Shown here piece after piece: positions 44,901 through 57,859 of a DNA stretch of 64,000 nt. The stretch lies in contig CBFFRP010000138.1 of assembly GCA_965644295.1 (NCBI GenBank), forward strand, positions 133,080 through 197,079, written 5' to 3'. This DNA comes from Paraphysomonas bandaiensis. Taxonomy: Eukaryota > Protista > Chrysophyceae. The first letter of the stretch is position 1, and each line of letters begins with the position of its first letter. Under the pieces are notes generated by a model that was not told where the DNA came from, searched no databases, and worked only from the letters and a program-made list of their open reading frames with translations. The translations under genes were made by a program, and so were the position numbers.

Positions 44901-46779
44901 AGACGTAAACGTCTACAATGGACAGAGGATGCCAATGAAGCATTTGAAAAGATCAAATTGATGATCCATGAATGTCCAACATTATTTTTCATTGATGACG
45001 AGTCACCAATATATTTATTGACCGATGCATCTGATTATGGAATAGGAGCATACCTCTACCAAGTAGTAGATGGTGTAGAACGTCCAATAGGATTTCTCAG
45101 TAAAACATTCGATGAAAGAATGATGAATTGGGATACACCTCAGAAAGAAGGATATGCTATATACTATGCCTTAGATAAATGGGACTACCTATTAAGGTAT
45201 AGATACTTTACGATCAAAACAGATCATAAAAATATTACTCAGTTGAGAACTGATTACGCTAAGGATAAGAAAGTTCAGCGATGGTTGAAATGTTTCCAAG
45301 CATATGATTATGATCTATGTGATATTAAAGGATCTGATAATGTTGTTGCTGATGCATTTAGTAGACTATGTGCATTAGAATCTAAAATGGAAACAAAATG
45401 TGCTTCCCTAATTCCCGATATTAAAGTTCCAAACAAGGAATGGGAAATTATTAAAAGATTTCATAACAATGTTACAGGTCATCATGGTATTGATCGTACA
45501 ATACAAAAATTACGAGACAATGGTCATAAATGGTCAAAGCAAGGGGCACATGTGACAAAATTTATTAAAACTTGTCCTTGTTGTCAAAAGATGAGTAGAA
45601 TTAAACCAATAATTAATGCTCATCCCTTTACTGTCTCAACATATGGCCCGATGCAAAGAATAGCAGTGGATTTTATTCAGAGTCTGCATCCAGATGAGGA
45701 TGGATACACTAATATATTAGTGATTATCGATTCTTTTTCTAGGTGGGTAGAATTAATCCCTACTAAGAATCTCACTGCCATGGCGGCGGCAAAGGGGATT
45801 GCTTCAACACCTGGGTAGATATGGAGCACCTATTGAGATTCATTCGGATCTTGGACCAGCATTTGTGGATGATTTAACAAAATCATTGATAGAAATGGTT
45901 GGAAGTAATCAATCATTTTCGATGGCGTATTCTAAAGAAGAAAATGCTATAGTGGAACGTGCTAATAAAGAAATTTTAAGGCACTTAAGAAATATTATAT
46001 TTGATAAAAATGTACTAAATAATTGGTCAATGTATCTACCTTTAGTACAAAGAATTATGAATTCTTCTAAACATAGAAGCACCGGCGTTACTCCCGCTAG
46101 TATTCTATTTGGGAATGCAGTAGATTTAGATAAGAGTTTATTCATTGAACACAATGAGAACTTGGACGGGAACGAACAAAAGCTATCACATTGGATAGAT
46201 AGAATACAAAAGGTTCAGTCCACTATTATGGATGTTGCAAGACGAAATCTTCGCAAACATGATGAAATCCACATGGCAACTGCACCAAATATACAAACAA
46301 AAGAATTTCCAATAAATTCTTATGTGTTAGTTGAGCATAGACAAAATGCTTTACGTCCTGGACCGGCAAGTAAGTTATTACCATATCTTAAAGGTCCAAT
46401 GCGAGTAGTCAATGTTATTGGAGACAAATATACTCTTCAAGATATTGTTACTAAACGTAATAAAGACTATCATATAAAGAAATTAAGGGAATTTAATTAC
46501 GATCCCTCTACTATTGACCCCTTACAAGTGGCATGTAAAGATGGTGGAAACTTTTATGCTATTGACCATATTTCAAAAATAAAAGGTCGAGCTAAAGGTC
46601 CGAAAAGTCAAATAAAATTTCTAGTACATTGGATAGGGTATGAAAAACCTACATGGGAACCATGGGCTAACGTTAGAAAAACGTATGCTCTACAAAATTT
46701 CCTAACTCAACATCCTGATGAAAATGTAAGAAATTTACTACCTCGAAATGTGGTTTATTCTTCTGATGAAGAAGATTAA
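41946..46779 (+). CDS. Gag-pol polyprotein (Zn knuckle, protease, RT, RNase H, integrase, chromodomain) with a frameshift near 45795
   Basis: CWICGNLH, LLDTGA, WRFCVDY, YLDD, TDASDYGIGA, HHCC zinc motif, integrase core, FLVHWIGYEKPTWEP chromodomain. An extra G in AAGGGGATTG splits the integrase. Confidence 0.95.
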
Positions 46780-47161
46780 TAACAAAGTTTACAGAATTGA
46801 GTGTCAATATAACACATTAACACATCAATTATAAGGGGAGGTAGTGTAGGACTATCCACTTACATATAGAATATATACGTGTACATGTCCTGTATTATAT
46901 GATTAGTAGTACAGTACTGTATTGTATACGTGTACCATGTAGTTAGGAATACAAACTGTAGGGAATGTGATTGTTGGGATTAGCAATAGCCGTTGATATT
47001 GTAGACAGTATTATTAGCCGTTGATATTGTAGACAGTATTATTAGCCGTTGATATTGTAGACAGTATTATTCATGATTCATTATACGATAATAATCATTA
47101 TTTTGTACTTCTGTACTTGGGTATTGCTTTGCACACATACACATATGTATGCAAGCCCACA

Positions 47162-48395
47162 ATGGCGTGTATCACTATACGAGTACATATGATAGACACT
47201 ACTATTGTGGAAATCAAATTAGAAGAAGGAACAACATGTGAATCTGCCCTTAAATCCATTCAAGATGGATATCTTATATCAGGAGGGTTTATTAAGTGTG
47301 ATGGTGTTATTGTACCTCATACACGTGTACTTGTGCCGGATAATATATACGACTATACGGATGGCGTGCATATGGGTGGGTCAATACTCTGTGTGTTTGT
47401 TACCTCTATTTATATATTTATTCTGTGTATATAGATAATGATACGATTATTTCTCAATTGAATGCCGTTCGTTCCCAACTGCAAATCATGTCGCCGATTC
47501 TCTTCCGTATGCATACCGAGATCTTAAATCCTTGGCTCAGTAGAGATGTAACTCATAACAGGTATGTATGTGAATTGCTGTTGGCTTATACGTAGGTTTT
47601 TATGTTTATCTCTAAATGATTAATCTAAATATTCAGGAGCTCAGCTGAGTTTCGATCTGGTTTGAAAGCAGCTCTAAACATTCCTACCCCTTTCATTCCT
47701 TGCATGATAACAACTATGATGGGTAACGCTGATCAAGTTGTTGCTGCTCATATTCTGCCCACGTCTACACCAGATACAGTTTTGCATGCGCTGCGTGTGT
47801 CTAAAGAAGAACTTGAAACCAACAGGAATGCTCTTTTCCTGGCACTGAATGTGAAAAAATGTTTTGATTCACTGAAGCTTTCTTTTATTCCTGTTGACCG
47901 TGGAACACCTAGTGCCAATTATAAACTCCATATATGGGACAATTCCATAAGGGAATTAGCTATATGGGATGGCCACAAAAACAGAATTGGTAAGTGAATT
48001 ATAGTGATGTGGCAAGTATATGTCCATGCCGTCATATGTGCTTAGATTTACGTAATTTGTTGCTGTATAGTAAGTATTATGTATCCCTCTGAACCCTTCT
48101 CAGAATACAATTTTCTAATGTCACGTTGTAGGAAATTATGACGGTCACTACGTAAATATGTCTGGCCATCAGCCGATTGAAAGAGCCCTTGCGTACCAGG
48201 CTCATATGGCCTATCTTAATACTGTTTTAAGAGTACGTGATTGTGTTATGTTTGTGTCGTTCTTGAATGATTCCATTACAGGACAAAGAAACCCTGGTTT
48301 CTCCTCTTCCCGCTGATGTAAACGCATTTCTGGAGCGCAGGAAAGAATTCGATGACTTGTGCACGAAAATTATGAATTCGGAATGTGGAGTATAA
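47162..48395 (+). CDS. Crinkler-type HNH-like nuclease domain protein, 5 exons
   Basis: Spliced frame MACITIRVHM...CMITTMMG...VVAAHILP...NRNALFLALNVKKCFDSLKLSFIP...HQPIERALAYQAHMA, ending at TAA 48393-48395. Confidence 0.7.
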
Positions 48396-48650
48396 AATTG
48401 TACACTTTGCTAACAGCATGATGAATAAGGTGGTTGAGTGGCAGTCGATAACAAGATGGGGTGTGATATTTACGACGAAATGCATATATATGCCGCTATT
48501 TTTATAAAAAGTTTTGTGTACCCCGAAGAATTTCGCCTATATCATAAGCTATACGATTTCTCAACGCTTTCAATCAGAATATTGCTCTGGATTGAACATA
48601 CTGTGATCTATTATAGTGTTGTAGATTGTAAACAGCTCATGCTTATGTAC

Positions 48651-50004
48651 CGAGGCTAGGGAAAATATAGTACAATATATCCCGGCAATTATATAACAGA
48701 GTTTTTTTACCGGCCCAACAATACCATTGCAATATATTAGTATCATTACTCAGTAATTCCTTTTTTAGTACTAGTCATTGAGATCACATGATAACCAAAC
48801 CCACTACGCTAACAAGTAAATACTATCTTCTACTTAGCTAGTCATAATTTATAATTTTCCTCGTATGTTGAGTTTTGCTATTTGAGAGCAATTGAAAGCT
48901 GTAGTTATAAGATATATAAATTATAACCGTTACGAGTAGTATACTGTTATGGTTATCAGTATAATGAGAATTAATATCATGATGATAATTATATAGAGTG
49001 AAACGGGATAAAGTGACGATGCAAATTAGTACAGACGTAAGGCCGTACGAGAAATGAGTGGCAGTACTACTACCGTAGTAGTGATAACATGAAATTGATG
49101 AATGATAAGAAATGTTGATTATAATTTATAATTCTCAGCATTGAGTCTAAGTTTACATTCAGTTGTTATAAGTTAACACTACTCTCTTATCATTCATTCA
49201 TTACCAGAGCCATCACCAGTTACGTTATCCACATTCATTGAGTTCCAACTGGTCATATGACTACTTTTCTAACACCTTCACGCCTCCACACACTGCACAA
49301 CCCAACTTAGACAACTTCGCCAGCTCCATTTACGTTTAACTCCTACACTACAGTCAGCGGCACCCCGAGACTTTACAGATCCTACGCCTCTACCTCGCCC
49401 CATCTCACTTTCCCTCGGAACACTATATATCCTTCCATCTACATAACTCTGACCCTCCCTTAATAAACGTCGCAGACCTCTATCCCAAAGGGCATCCCCA
49501 TGATTAACCGCACCTATTGATACTAAAGGATTCCACGTCCGTGTGCAGCTCTCACACTTACTTTAAGACTCACAATCCTGAAGACAGCATATATCAGATA
49601 TATCAACATTCTGCTTGCCACTGCGTTTTCTTTTAGCGATAGAGCAAAAGTGGTTGTACCTTGGTGTGTGGTGATATCAGAGTTAAGCACTATTTAGTTA
49701 AATTATTTTGCTACATTAGTTCTGACTCTTACACGCCTATTGCTAATCACTATCACTACTATCCACATTTTTATTTTTAAATTAATTAAAATATACATGA
49801 ATCGTGCACCTCTACTTAGATATGTCAGCCTTTCGTTTCAAAAATGGGCTTTCCAAAACTATTTATGTGAATGTGCCATACAATGACGAAGATTTAGGAT
49901 TTAGGTATAAGACTTAGACTATCAATATATTGCAATATTGATGGAGTTTTTGGCCGGGCCACCAATCTATATATTGCAATTCAATATATTGTTCCCTAAC
50001 CCTG
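48651..50004. mobile_element. Degenerate non-autonomous hAT-like element
   Basis: Ends CGAGGCTAGGGAAAATA and (reverse complement) CAGGGTTAGGGAACAATA; flanking 8-mers TTATGTAC and TTATCTAC (one mismatch); subterminal CAATATATTG motifs. Confidence 0.6.
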
Positions 50005-50807
50005 TTATCTACGTCTTGTCTTCTTTGAAATCATATCTTCAGTAAATTAAATAAAACCAAATGACGCTATGATTGCTTTTCTGACAACTCGTAATTTCCA
50101 ATTAGCTTTCACTGCTTGCTTGGTGTTAATCTATTACATATGATTCCATAATGCTATGTAAATCAATTTTAGGGATGGATTACGAAAGATTCATATCATT
50201 TATCTCACACAAGTATAGAGATTTCGTGTTATCTTTAACTCTACAGTTACTTAAAACTTAAACTATCATATGGACTCTTTGTAAATATATATATCAGTTA
50301 CAGTTATATAAGCAACGCATTATTTCGCATCGATCATACATTACACACACTCCAATTAGTTCATTATATATATGTAAAGTATATGTATATACATATATAC
50401 AGTTCATGATTTTTTCTATGTACTGTAGACTGTAGTGGTATATCAGCAACAGGATGACCGGCTTGATACATGTCATTCATTATACCGGTATACGTCTAGA
50501 TGATGGTACATGAGCAAAGGGATTATGAAGATTATTGCAAAGCAGTTGTTCCAGATAAGTTAAGTGCTACACATTGATGTGATATCTATGAGCTGATGTC
50601 CACTACACTCCATGATCATAACCAATTAGATCCAGTCGACCACTACACATATACCTTCTCACACATAAAAGGTACCTCCAGTCGGCCTGAGTCAATTATA
50701 ACTGCAGTTATGATTTGATATCCCAATTTCAATAATTGCCTATTAATTGATACGCAGCCCTGTTAATTTGTCACTAATAATTTGTCATTATAGCATATGT
50801 GAAATAG

Positions 50808-53261
50808 CTACACTTGCACTTGTATCACATTGCGACCACATAGGGCATATATAACATGATCAACTTGAACGTGTACTCGCTTTGCTGCTTCAGCAACAGG
50901 ACCCAACATTAATTCTTTGTTTGTCATCTTCTGTAATTTCTCTCCAAAAGCACTATTAACGTGGTCCCTTAATTCCAACATGATGATAGATACGGATGAA
51001 CTTGCAGTCGGAACAATGATAACAGTGTCACACAGTGCATTTGCCCCACTCTGTGGTTGAAATAACAGAACTGCTTGCGACTGCGCTGCTTTTTTAACTA
51101 AACTCACAACTTTTTTCACACTATCGTAAACACTCACAACATCTCTTTGCAGAGCATTCGGGAATGTTCTACAAAATGACTCCGGAGAAAAGTTCATTTG
51201 GCTCATCGCATCAACGAGCTGGCCATGAAGTGCAACATTATTCTTGGGATTTATCATTACGACTGGGAATATTTGAGGACTTAGTTGAGGAGACACAACC
51301 TCGACCTTCTTAAAACGGATTTCAACGTCATTTAAGTTGAGGATGCAGTTGGGCTGAAAATAGGCGCTCGCTGAAATCGTTTTATCTATCGCAAAACCAT
51401 TCAAAATGCTGGAAATAGATGATGGTAATAGCAATGCAGCTGTTTGTGTGCAAAGCCTGGCAATATCAACGTCAGGGTTGCGGCAAACCGAAACAGCAAT
51501 ATTCAATTCGAGGTGATGGGAGGGTTTACCGCATGGTCTTGGGCAACGTTTCATACAACCTACTGAAGGTGGCAAAATATCGCTCAACCTTGCTTCGCAA
51601 GGGGTGTGATACTCCAACAAACATTGGAAGCGCAGTGCAATTGCGTAGGTTACAAAGTCTTTCATAGGTTTTCCAATGTTCTGAACCGTTGCACCCGTAA
51701 CACAATCGGGAAGTGTGCCATTTTGAAGAATGTCGGTGGGTGCTGACTTGAGATTGACATCGCCATCCAAAATGTCTGATTTCACTGCTTTTGATATGAG
51801 GGCTCTTTGTACGGTGGTGGGCCAAGGTATTGAACAGTCTGCTGCACATCCGGCTGAATGCCTTTCACAAGAACCCAAAGCATCAGACAAGAATTGAAAT
51901 ACGCAGTCATTCGCGACCAGGCTATTACTGCGCAATGACATGACGACTACAGCAACAGCAAACGGAGATAGAGCTTGCTTTCCACCAAGCATAGTAGCAA
52001 CCTCAGCGTTTCTTGCCTTTTTTTCAGTATCAAGGCTGCGTGAACAATGCACCATATCTTGCACAAGAAATGCACGTACGTATTCCCATTTTTCGATTGC
52101 GTTTAGACTAAGGTTTTTAACCCATGCTACAGCTGACGCCGCCTGTTCGAAGTTTTGTGAAAGGTCCATTGCACGATCCAGAGTTGCATTGCGAATGTTG
52201 GAATGAAGATTGATTTGTTGTGCCCAGAGGCCAAGCAAACCAGGGGTAGACTTCGTTAGTACCCACAATAGACCAGGAAATTTCTTATTATTGGCTGCAT
52301 ACGCCCACAACAACTCATGACAGAGAGTTTCTTGTTCAGAGTTGGTTATCATTGATAGCGAATAAGCTTGGCACGCAACATCAGACGCAATCACCGCATT
52401 GCGTGGAGAATCCGTGAATCCTGTCATTACAATGCGAATCCAACTGGAGCATGCCCGTGTCAATGAATACAGTGCCCGCCAAAACTTAGCGTTTGTTTCT
52501 TTTGAGGTACTCCAAACGTTTTTCTCATGGTCAGTGAGCTTGCTTACCTCGTCTATGCATATCAGCAGCTTACGCTCTGACTGGGGAAGACCCAGCATGG
52601 TCTCGAAATTATGAAGCATTTCCGTCAGTGATTTGTTGATAAACGGAGAGTTATCCCATAAATCTTCCCAGCGGGAACCACCTATGAGGTCGTGAACCAA
52701 TCGCAACAAAAATCCACAAACTGCCCCATTTGGGGATTTTAATTCTTCATCATGGATTGTGGTGGATGCGTTGTATGTTACGTTGAGAACGCATACTACG
52801 TTACCATCGAACTCAAATAATTTATCAAGGAGAAGGGATTTGCCATGTCTTGGTGGATTCGAAACGTAAACGAATGGCAAATCATCTTTTGTCCCGTTGC
52901 CAGTGCTCACGGTGTTGCTGACCAGTGTCATAATATCGCTCGCCCTCTTGTCAAGATCACCTGCAAATGACCAAGTGGGCCTACAAGTTAAACGAGATCT
53001 CTGTACTTCCTTAACATCTAAGATTCGTCGTAGCCAATTGCGACGAACTTCTTGTTTTCTTACTGTCTCTTTAGCACGGTTATAACTTTCAATGATATTG
53101 TTATATTCTTCCAGAGGTAATTCATCACTTGCATTATGAAGTAGATGAGCAAAATATTCTTTTATAGTTAATTTATTGCTGTAAACATCGTCAACTTCCA
53201 TTAAAGCTCCCGTTGACCATAACTTTAACTTTTCTAAATAATATTGTTTAGCAGATGGCAT
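50808..53261 (-). CDS. Intronless P-loop NTPase (STAND/CR-NTPase-like) with a possible C-terminal PD-(D/E)xK nuclease
   Basis: Walker A variant NPPRHGKS, Walker B LLICIDE, sensor-like IVMTG; C-terminal NALCDTVIIV...IIMLELRD. Confidence 0.7.
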   Translation of the reverse strand: MPSAKQYYLEKLKLWSTGALMEVDDVYSNKLTIKEYFAHLLHNASDELPLEEYNNIIESYNRAKETVRKQEVRRNWLRRILDVKEVQRSRLTCRPTWSFAGDLDKRASDIMTLVSNTVSTGNGTKDDLPFVYVSNPPRHGKSLLLDKLFEFDGNVVCVLNVTYNASTTIHDEELKSPNGAVCGFLLRLVHDLIGGSRWEDLWDNSPFINKSLTEMLHNFETMLGLPQSERKLLICIDEVSKLTDHEKNVWSTSKETNAKFWRALYSLTRACSSWIRIVMTGFTDSPRNAVIASDVACQAYSLSMITNSEQETLCHELLWAYAANNKKFPGLLWVLTKSTPGLLGLWAQQINLHSNIRNATLDRAMDLSQNFEQAASAVAWVKNLSLNAIEKWEYVRAFLVQDMVHCSRSLDTEKKARNAEVATMLGGKQALSPFAVAVVVMSLRSNSLVANDCVFQFLSDALGSCERHSAGCAADCSIPWPTTVQRALISKAVKSDILDGDVNLKSAPTDILQNGTLPDCVTGATVQNIGKPMKDFVTYAIALRFQCLLEYHTPCEARLSDILPPSVGCMKRCPRPCGKPSHHLELNIAVSVCRNPDVDIARLCTQTAALLLPSSISSILNGFAIDKTISASAYFQPNCILNLNDVEIRFKKVEVVSPQLSPQIFPVVMINPKNNVALHGQLVDAMSQMNFSPESFCRTFPNALQRDVVSVYDSVKKVVSLVKKAAQSQAVLLFQPQSGANALCDTVIIVPTASSSVSIIMLELRDHVNSAFGEKLQKMTNKELMLGPVAEAAKRVHVQVDHVIYALCGRNVIQVQV

Positions 53262-53564
53262 GGTGATGAAAAGGATGAATCAATTGTATAGGATAGAATA
53301 TCTCTTGTATAGTTTGTGCTTAAATAGTTAAGTTTGAAGTCACATGGTATCTTAAAGGTCTAATGCGAGTAAGACTATCTAGCTAGAACACTACGATACG
53401 AACATACATAACATTACAGGCAGGAGGATTCGATGGAAACAACAGACAGATTTCAGTTTTTCCTTCCAAAAATCCCTTGTTTTTTTGACTTTTTTCATTA
53501 TTTTTTGGTGTTTTACATACATACACAGAGTACCTACCAACAAACCTACCTATACTACCTATAC

Positions 53565-54000
53565 ATACCTACCTACCTATACATACCTACCTACCTACAG
53601 TACCTACCTACCTACCTACCTACCTACCTACCTACCTACATACATACATACATACATACATACATACATACATACATACATACATACATACATACATGTA
53701 TGTACATACATACATACATACATACATACATACATACATACATACATACATACATACATACATACATACATACATACATACATACATACATACATACATA
53801 CATACATACATACATACATACATACATACATACATACATACATACATACATACATACATACATACATACATGTATGTACATACATACATACATACATACA
53901 TACATACATACATACATACATACATACATACATACATACATACATACATACATACATACATACATACATACATACATACATACATACATACATACATACA

Positions 54001-54030
<30 letters not shown>
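53565..54030. repeat. (CCTA)n/(CATA)n microsatellite
   Basis: Adjacent tetranucleotide runs. Confidence 0.98.
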
Positions 54031-54032
<2 letters not shown>

Positions 54033-54164
54033 ATTGTGGTGATTTCTACTGATGGTTTCTGTATATTACTATTACAATCACTCATCTCTTCTAACCATAA
54101 GTGGTTGATTCCCACTCAATTAAATCTCAATAACAATACAACATCTTACAATCACACTGTAACA

Positions 54165-55119
54165 ATGTTTAATATTCAGATTTATATTGCGAAGGCTATA
54201 CGTACAAAGGGTCTATGGGGATCAATTATGGAGTTTTATACTGTATGTATCTCATATATATACATTCAGTTCATTAATATATGTATATATATACAGTATG
54301 GTCATCTTAAATTCGGTGAATTAAAAGGAACGGATGCATTTGGTAATAAGTATTATGAGGTAAGTGGAGTGAATATGTATGTCACTGATGTGTCTTATGC
54401 TGCACTCTGCACTATATAGAGCTTAGATGAGCCTATGTACCAGCACCGATGGGTTGAATATAAAGATCCCCATAACTTTGATCCCACAATGATTCAGCCT
54501 GAGTAAGTGTTTGAACTCTGTATATTTTTGTGTTGTATGTAATTATCCTTATCGCATTATAACTAATGTTGATTAGATGGCACGGGTGGATGCATCATAC
54601 GTTTGATGAAGTGCCCGGTGAGGAGCCTAGACACCCGAAGCTTCCTATTGAGATCCAAAGAGGAGCGAACTCTATTTACAACACCCATGTGTACAAGTCA
54701 AATGTTAAACCGATATTGCAGCACAACACTTCCCAATTGAGGTAAATATATATTCTTCGTCAATAGGCACAATTTGACGGTGATGTTGTGTACCCACTAT
54801 GATATTTGTAAGTATGTGTATTGGCACTAATGTGTTGTGTAGGCAGCGGGGTTGGCAGATAGGGTCACTACAGACTGGTCCAGGGGAACCTGACCAGTAC
54901 TACTTACATGACGGCCACCCGCTTCATCCGGATGCCTTCAAAGAGGGATCTGCCAGGCATAAGGTGCACTTTACTAGTATGCATATACCTTGCATTCCAA
55001 TTTACATGAAATATTTGTAGGAAACAAGTAGCTTATATGATGGCAGTCCCCTTCCTGATATCGATTTCACCAAACGCCCCGCACATGTCACGAGGAAGGA
55101 CCAAGTGGAGGACCACTAA
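54165..55119 (+). CDS. NDUFA12: NADH:ubiquinone oxidoreductase subunit NDUFA12 (B17.2), about 6 exons
   Basis: KFGELKGTDAFGNKYYE, HRWVEY, IQPEWHGWMHH. Confidence 0.92.
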
Positions 55120-55418
55120 GACGTGGAGATCCTTAGTGTTGTATTCTAATGTGCCGCACAGTCGTGGAATGTAGTCTAAATTACATGATGTGTGAGCTAT
55201 CAGAAGTATGACAATTTTGCTGTGTCCTGACTACTCTCACGGAGTGTTGCTTGCTTCGATGAAACTACTAATTAAGAAGAATAATGAAATAATCTTTGGT
55301 ATCACTCTTAGTAACAAAGAGTCATTTTACACGTACAGATATTGGCTGTAATGGAACATCTTACGCTGGTTACTGTTTATATCAGTGTGTCATTAACATA
55401 TTGCGCAGTTGTATTGAA

Positions 55419-56220
55419 CAGGGCCAGTCAAAAATATATAAATATTGCAATTATTTATTTTTGCTCGCTCCAATATATTGATTATTATTTTAGCAAAATT
55501 TGGCCTCGCAATATATTGCAATATATTGATATATATTGCTCATGCTTGTGTCTTGGAAAATATGTTTGATTAAGCATAAATTACTCTTCATAATCACATA
55601 ACTCTTCATCTCAAGATACCTGCAACAAAAAACGGTATTCATGTTCGATATTAGAATTCGTCTTGATGTGTTTAGATCAACGCATTCCTCTGAGTTCATT
55701 GTTTCATTAAGTAAACAATTCGTAAACGTGGGAAAACTAGGGTTTTTACACTATTACTGTAGAAATGTTTAGAAAACTAGGATTTTACAGTATAGCTGTA
55801 GAAATGTTTCAAATTTTCTACACACTTGCGACAAGGAATGACCCCACGACGCCTCGAACTGCTGCTGTTTTTCCGCTTCAACAAGCACTTGTGGACCGCA
55901 AAGACAGTGCAACAGGTCATCGATCATGGACCGTCCGATCAGGACAAGAATGAGGACGACAGTGACGAAGATTTGGAACACTTAGAGTACTAGTTGCTGC
56001 ATTTTTATTGGGTATTCATCATTATGTTGTAACCTCTACTAACTAGTTACTGCCGATCGAGCTCATTTCTTTTTCTTAGCCCCCAATATATATCAATATA
56101 TTGCAATATATTGCAGCATATTTAATCATTATTATTGGTCTTGAAAATATTATTATTATTATTATTATTATTATTTATTTTAGCTAGCAATATATTGCAA
56201 TATATTGTTGACTGGCCCTG
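55419..56220. mobile_element. Non-autonomous hAT element, 802 bp
   Basis: Perfect 13-bp TIR CAGGGCCAGTCAA; perfect 8-bp TSD GTATTGAA; internal remnant MTPRRLELLLFFRFNKHLW resembling a hAT transposase C-terminus (about 55838-55980). Confidence 0.92.
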
Positions 56221-56745
56221 GTATTGAACACTTATATAAGATATAAGAGGCGGACAATAGACAATAGACAGCGCGACTATGCGACTATAGTGTTGGAGCC
56301 TTTAACTACTTCTGTAGAATAAGCACCAGCTAAACGTGCTCCATATTTTAAAGGGGTCTGTTATTGGACCTAGCCAAGAGGCTTGCGTAATAATTAATTG
56401 GTGAGAGGTACCCGACAATAAGAAATAAGAATTACTGTTATTATAAATCGCCTTAACTCTTAACTCTATTGCTGGCTTTAAGAGTAGTTTACGAAACAAC
56501 AACCTATTTATACTCATCAACATTTCAAGGTGTCCAATGTCATTCTCATGCAAAAATCAGTCACAACAATCTTAGTTCTGCTAAGTAACTTCTCATAAAC
56601 ATGCATTGGTAGTGCTATACTAATGCTTCATACAACAATAATATGGTGTTGGCAGAAGGGCAAACCTCGCCTTCCTCATCATCCTCTTTTCTTCATCGAA
56701 TCCACTTCCAGCTTCCAGAGCCTCCTTAATTTTAATAGGTGTTTG

Positions 56746-57266
56746 CCCCATTCCGAGAGCGTACCGTAATACAGTGCTAGTGTTGATTAATCAAAGTAAC
56801 GTATAGATTATTAATAAAATCGCAGCGTATTCTTTGTGTCGACAGCAAGCAAGCCCTAGCTAGATCTACACTATAGGTCTACACTATACTTGCATAGCCT
56901 ATATCGGATTACAAGAAACCCCGCGCATTCTAGGGGAGGAAGGGGCGGCCAATGTCACGCTAGGCCTACACTGAGTCATGCATGGTCACGAGAAGCTCCG
57001 GGTAATCTTTGTTAGATAATGGGAACGTAAACATGGTCCTACTAGAATCTGAGCGATTAGTAGGTAATGCATAGCTATGAGAAATCCAGCGTAATCTTAG
57101 CGAAGGAGAACACGGCTGGGGCGGCAAAAGAATCTGCGCGTGATATATGCATTCAGCTACGTTGGTACACTTGTATGCGGGTGGTAGAATCAGTGCAAAA
57201 TCTCGGTGTTATAAGTGGTATACCAGCGAGCTTACACTATGGCCACGCCCTCGGAATGAGTTGAAT
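56746..57266. mobile_element. MITE-like element
   Basis: Inverted ends CATTCCGAGAGCGT and ACGCCCTCGGAATG; a partial second copy lies at 8745-9015. The TSD is not clean. Confidence 0.55.
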
Positions 57267-57859
57267 AATACATACTGCTGTCTAAACAATCAGAGTGTTG
57301 TCAAACATAACATACATGCATATGTCGTCAGGTTGTCTTCATCCTGCAGCTAATGCATACATGTGAGTCGATTGATACATCATGCTGTCTATAGCTATTA
57401 AAACTCAATGAAATACAATAATATGACGATAGATTCGTGCTCAGCACCTCTGAATTAGTCTACCAGCATCATCCCTCCATCAGCATCACTGCGAGCAGAC
57501 ACACTCAGACAAACCATGATCACAAGGGCACCATGATGGACGACTGCGACAGATGGTTGAAAAGATGAAGACACTCACTTGCAACTTAACGCAACACTGA
57601 ACTGATGAGAGATCAAAGTGACGAGAATGAAATGGATGTGTGTGTGTGTGTTATGGGCATATGACAAGAAATCACGAAAATGAAAAATAGTGTGTCTCTT
57701 CAAGATACGAAGTGTGTATTATGGTATCTTTTTTTGTTCTGATCGTGTGAGTGCGTTGTACGTAGTATCGTAGAAGTGAGATGATGATGTACATGTATGT
57801 ATATACCACTCTCACTTCTCTCCTACACTTCACTTCACTTCTATATACAGATATATGAG

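Larger units (their letters stand above)
41580..47161 (+). mobile_element. Full-length Ty3/Gypsy chromovirus LTR retrotransposon
   Basis: 317-bp TG...CA LTRs (41580-41896, 46845-47161) that look identical; PPT AAGGGGAGGTAG at 46833-46844; 4-bp TSD ATGG (41576-41579, 47162-47165). Confidence 0.97.
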
